Shown piece after piece: positions 7,421 through 10,504 of a DNA stretch of 10,504 nt (the stretch's first letter is position 1; each line of letters begins with the position of its first letter). The stretch lies in the NCBI GenBank assembly GCA_043813875.1, contig JBDRKP010000047.1, positions 1 through 10,504 on the forward strand, given 5' to 3'. The translations under genes and the position numbers were made by a program. This DNA is from an archaeon. Lineage in GTDB: Archaea > EX4484-52 > B79-G9. Below the pieces are notes generated by a model. The model made no database searches. It worked only from the letters and a program-made list of their open reading frames with translations, and was not told the DNA's origin.

Positions 7421-7870
7421 ATGACAAAAAACACAGCCGCATTAGGCCAATCACTCATAAAACTCAACATAACATACATCCTCCTAAAAAAAAGAAGTAG
7501 ACTATCAAACCCTGCGAGCAACTCCTGAACACCCGGCAAGACATCACATTGATAAAAAACACCACAAACCTCCTGTTATACATCAACAACAACCCCACCT
7601 ACAGGATCTGCCAGACAGGCGGCGAAGACATAACCCCCCTAGCCTACGAAAAGATTAAAGACAACCGCTACGTCATCACCCCGCCGGAAAAAAAGTACAT
7701 AGTCCTCGCAGACACATACAGCGACTCATGGCCCCTCGGCGCATCAAAGAAACTCGATAACCAGCCCATAAACATCCGGGAATATACAGAAATACAAAAG
7801 AAATCCGGCTACGTCATCTCGATAATCACATTCATGTATCTTCTTCTCATTTTGAGAATGCCTCATCATC
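7421..7870 (+). repeat. Copy C of the membrane-gene 3' repeat (pseudogene fragment)
   Basis: MTKNTAALGQSLIKLNITYILLKK, two +1 shifts (A8 run at 7486-7493 and ~7506), then DITLIKNTTNLLLYINNNPTYR..GYVISIITFMYLLLILRMP. Confidence 0.95.
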
Positions 7871-8090
7871 CATCGAAAGAGGCCAGAAATCGCATCATGG
7901 CACACGATGAGGAAAACAGGCTTCAAGGAGGCGAACTTCTCATGCCACAGCAGCAGCAAGTGATGTCTCAGTCGCGATTGGTATTGACACGTCCTTCTCA
8001 GAATCTTTGAGATCAAGATGTATTCTGACAAGTATCATGTTCGGCTTATTATATATATATAATAGTATATATAAAACATCCCGGAACACG

Positions 8091-8149
8091 CCGCATACAT
8101 CACATCGGCAATCACATACCTATACCTTCTCATGATCTTAAGGCAGCCC
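8091..8149 (+). repeat. Copy E: remnant of only the C-terminal TM-coding segment
   Basis: AYITSAITYLYLLMILRQP aligns with GYVISIITFMYLLLILRMP (copy C) and AYIISIMT (copy D). Confidence 0.6.
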
Positions 8150-8309
8150 CGCGCAGGAACCCGCCCCATGGCCCGCGGCAGAATGCGGACGATTCTGCGC
8201 CGGCGTCCCGCGCAGTCTGGGCGCTGCGTGGAACATAAGGAAAATTTCGGCAATGCATCATCCGCATGTTAAGATAAATTGACGGCTGTATAAAAAATTT
8301 AACAGAAGC

Positions 8310-8340
8310 TTTATAAATATGTAAACATAATTTTACATAT
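8310..8340 (+). promoter_or_regulatory. TATA box plus palindromic operator for MNT-HEPN (likely leaderless)
   Basis: TTTATAAA 8310-8317; perfect inverted repeat ATATGTAAA-N6-TTTACATAT (8317-8325/8332-8340) overlapping ATG 8339. Confidence 0.72.
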
Positions 8341-8851
8341 GTTAAAACTTTTTGACGATTTGGAGCCGTTTTTCACGGACAATTACAGGAGAATCAATGT
8401 ACGCGAATATGCAAGGATCATGAAAACAACACCCCCGACAGCGTCAAAATTACTTGCATACTACCACGAAGAAGGGCTCCTCAACAAAGAGGAAGACAGG
8501 AATTATATATTCTATGCGGCAAACAATGAAAGCTTTATGTTCATACACCTCACCAGGGCATACTGGCATCTTAGACTTGAAAAAGCAGGCATCAAAGACT
8601 ACCTCGAAAAAGAACTCATATCCCCGCTCGTGATACTCTTTGGCTCCTGCTCCAAGGCAGAGATAAAAAAAGATTCTGACATAGATATTGCGATATTTGC
8701 ATCATCACAAAAAAACATCAGCTTAGAGATTTTTGAGAAAAAACTTAACAGGAAAATACATCTCTTCCAGTTCAAAAAAAGAGATGATATAGGAAACCCG
8801 GAATTACTGAACAACATATTAAACGGCTTCATACTCATGGGAGGATGGTAA
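8339..8851 (+). CDS. Minimal nucleotidyltransferase (MNT) antitoxin with N-terminal winged HTH
   Basis: INVREYARIMKTTPPTASKLL (HTH) and LFGSCSKAEIKKDSDIDIAI (GS-x10-DxD, Pol beta NTase motif). Confidence 0.9.
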   Translation: MLKLFDDLEPFFTDNYRRINVREYARIMKTTPPTASKLLAYYHEEGLLNKEEDRNYIFYAANNESFMFIHLTRAYWHLRLEKAGIKDYLEKELISPLVILFGSCSKAEIKKDSDIDIAIFASSQKNISLEIFEKKLNRKIHLFQFKKRDDIGNPELLNNILNGFILMGGW

Positions 8852-8852
8852 T

Positions 8853-9263
8853 ATGGACTGGACAGCATGCGTAAATAAATCCCTTGCAAAAAAAGCAAAA
8901 ACAGATACAAATCTATTGATATCTCTTAAAAAATCATCCGCAAAAAAGCTTGAAAGCGAGAGGCTGCTCGTGCTAAATGACACAACTGCGGCATCAAAAG
9001 TAAGCCTCGCTTACGATGCGCTAAGAGAGATACTGGAATCTCTTGCAATAAAAAACGGTTACAAGATATACAACCATGAATGCTACACGGCGTTCCTCAA
9101 GGAGATAATGAACGAATCGGCGATTGCAGACAAATATGACAGATTCAGAAAAATAAGAAATGCAATCAACTACTATGGCAAAGACATCACACCAGGCGAG
9201 GCAGAACCTGTTCTTGCAGAAATCCGCGAACTTGTTGAAAAAATAAACAGCCTCCTTGTTTAA
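8853..9263 (+). CDS. HEPN-domain toxin
   Basis: AYDALREILESLAIKNGYKIYNHEC..YDRFRKIRNAINYYG; starts 1 nt after the MNT stop. Confidence 0.85.
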   Translation: MDWTACVNKSLAKKAKTDTNLLISLKKSSAKKLESERLLVLNDTTAASKVSLAYDALREILESLAIKNGYKIYNHECYTAFLKEIMNESAIADKYDRFRKIRNAINYYGKDITPGEAEPVLAEIRELVEKINSLLV

Positions 9264-9282
9264 GATGAACACATAATGTAGT

Positions 9283-9703
9283 GAATCCACACTCGAACAG
9301 AACACGACAGGACTTGGAAAACTCCTTGCCCCGCTCAACATAAAATACATCCTCCTAAAAAAAGAAGCAGACTACGAGCCCTGCAAAAATCTTTTAAACA
9401 CCCAGGAAGACATCACGCTCATAAAAAACACGACAAACCTCCTGTTGTACATCAACAACAACCCCACCTACAGGATCTACCAGACAGGCGGCGACGACAT
9501 AACACCCTTAGCCTACGAAAAGATCAGAGACAACCGCTACACCATCACCCCGCCCGAAAAAAGATACATAGTCCAGACAGACACATACGACAACACATGG
9601 ACACTTGGCGCATCAAAAGACCAGCCGACAAACATCTGGGAATACAGTAGAGACACAGAAATAAAAAAGAGATCCGCATACATCATCTCGATAATGACAC
9701 TTC
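9283..9703 (+). repeat. Copy D of the membrane-gene 3' repeat (open frame, no natural start)
   Basis: ESTLEQNTTGLGKLLAPLNIKYILLKKEADYEPCKNLLNTQEDITLIKNTTNLLLYINNNPTYRIYQTGG..AYIISIMTL; in-frame TAA at 9274-9276 just upstream. Confidence 0.95.
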
Positions 9704-9813
9704 AACTCACTGGCAAAGATAGCATGGAAAAACAGCCATATCCCCGCACAAAAATATATCGGTTCTCATCGCAGGCATAGAAATAAAAATAACGCAGTCA
9801 TATATACTTCCAG

Positions 9814-10368
9814 GTGGTAACTACGGTGGATATAATAGGGATCACAGACGACCTGTATATAACGCCTGTCGGCGGATTCTACAGCGAGACTGATATTGAG
9901 CACCTGGATGGCCTGGCATTTGAAAAGTACCTGACAGACCCATTCACAGGCGAAAAAAAATATGCGGTCATGGTAGCCGCGATGGACGTAGTCGGGATAA
10001 ACAAGCACATATTAGACTCATTCAATGCTGGCATAAAAGAAGATAACCGTTATATTCTTGAACACGGCATCAGGAAGACACCTCAAAAGACACTTGATCC
10101 CGGTGCGATCGTATATGTCCGGGACAACCGTCCATTCTTTTTTAGGAAACCCCTCGAGCTGGTAGAGATATGTCCGGACGCAGCACATTATGATCAGTCA
10201 TTTTCCGGCGCAATCCTTCCATATAATTACAGTGACCTTTACAAGGTGGACGGCGATATCACAATCAACGCGACATTACCGCATTTGCTGGAGAGATCCG
10301 CTGCCAGTCTGCCTCCTCCTTTCAGTGATATCGGCATCAACACACATATCCACAAGCCAGACATCTAG
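9814..10368 (+). CDS. Hypothetical protein, probably 3'-truncated by IS630
   Basis: 184-codon ORF with globular composition, no recognised motif and an uncertain GTG start. Its TAG stop is formed by the TA target plus the first base of the IS end. Confidence 0.55.
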   Translation: MVTTVDIIGITDDLYITPVGGFYSETDIEHLDGLAFEKYLTDPFTGEKKYAVMVAAMDVVGINKHILDSFNAGIKEDNRYILEHGIRKTPQKTLDPGAIVYVRDNRPFFFRKPLELVEICPDAAHYDQSFSGAILPYNYSDLYKVDGDITINATLPHLLERSAASLPPPFSDIGINTHIHKPDI

Positions 10369-10504
10369 TGACTCAGCAGTTTAATTGACTTACATAATGT
10401 TTAGATAACTTTCTATCTGCGTCTTTTCTGGTGAATCTCCAGTCGATTTTCTTTTTTTGTTCGTTTCTCTTATTAGTCCATGCTTCTACCTCTTCAATCA
10501 AAAA
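10368..10504 (-). mobile_element. Right end of an IS630-family insertion sequence
   Basis: Transposase C-terminus ends a few bases before CTAG (10365-10368), which contains the TA target typical of IS630/Tc1/mariner. Confidence 0.78.
10373..10504 (-). CDS. IS630-family transposase, C-terminal 43 aa (partial)
   Basis: FLIEEVEAWTNKRNEQKKKIDWRFTRKDADRKLSKHYVSQLNC* has the AW-x3-RN-x5-I-x-W-x-FT-x2-DA-x2-KL-x3-Y tail of IS630 transposases. Confidence 0.85.
   Translation of the reverse strand, partial: FLIEEVEAWTNKRNEQKKKIDWRFTRKDADRKLSKHYVSQLNC

Noticed and set aside
6779..7500. Plus-strand ORFs 6779-7222 and 7219-7500
   Set aside because: Antisense to clear hicA/hicB genes. The same applies to 412-693, 845-1117, 1917-2369, 8599-8910, 9021-9350 and similar shadow ORFs.
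7844..7912. Stems TTCTCA/TGAGAA and CCTCATC/GATGAGG as further hairpin elements
   Set aside because: They fall inside coding-derived tail sequence homologous to copies E/F and are short enough to be chance.
8047..8073. (AT)n palindrome
   Set aside because: Low-complexity dinucleotide run; self-complementarity is trivial.
4785..9703. Diversity-generating retroelement TR/VR pairs
   Set aside because: Differences involve all four bases, are often synonymous and include indels rather than being adenine-specific; no reverse transcriptase in the window.

Overview
Accessory, gene-fragment-rich region, most likely archaeal. The evidence is BRE/TATA boxes, GGTGA Shine-Dalgarno sites, apparently leaderless genes, a DUF1616-like fragment and wHTH-MNT/HEPN genes. 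Left half (1-3630): a truncated HEPN gene, hicB with a broken hicA, one intact Schlafen/AlbA_2-HATPase_c_4-wHTH gene and three 3'-only remnants of paralogues. Three of the four wHTH gene ends carry related 11-12 bp tandem repeats. Right half (3630-10504): a 5'-truncated multi-pass membrane protein gene (GT-C/YfhO/DUF3367-like) whose 3' end recurs downstream as five further diverged same-orientation copies. Self-contained toxin-antitoxin modules (RelE-type, HicBA, MNT-HEPN) and an orphan ORF lie between these copies, giving a cassette-array-like layout with no recombinase in view. Superimposed are a 53-bp double-hairpin insertion with a 5-bp target duplication and a ~270-bp run of about nine abutting, partly nested hairpins whose stems recur elsewhere in the window. 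The window ends inside an IS630-family element. All family calls are by-eye motif recognition; no searches were run.
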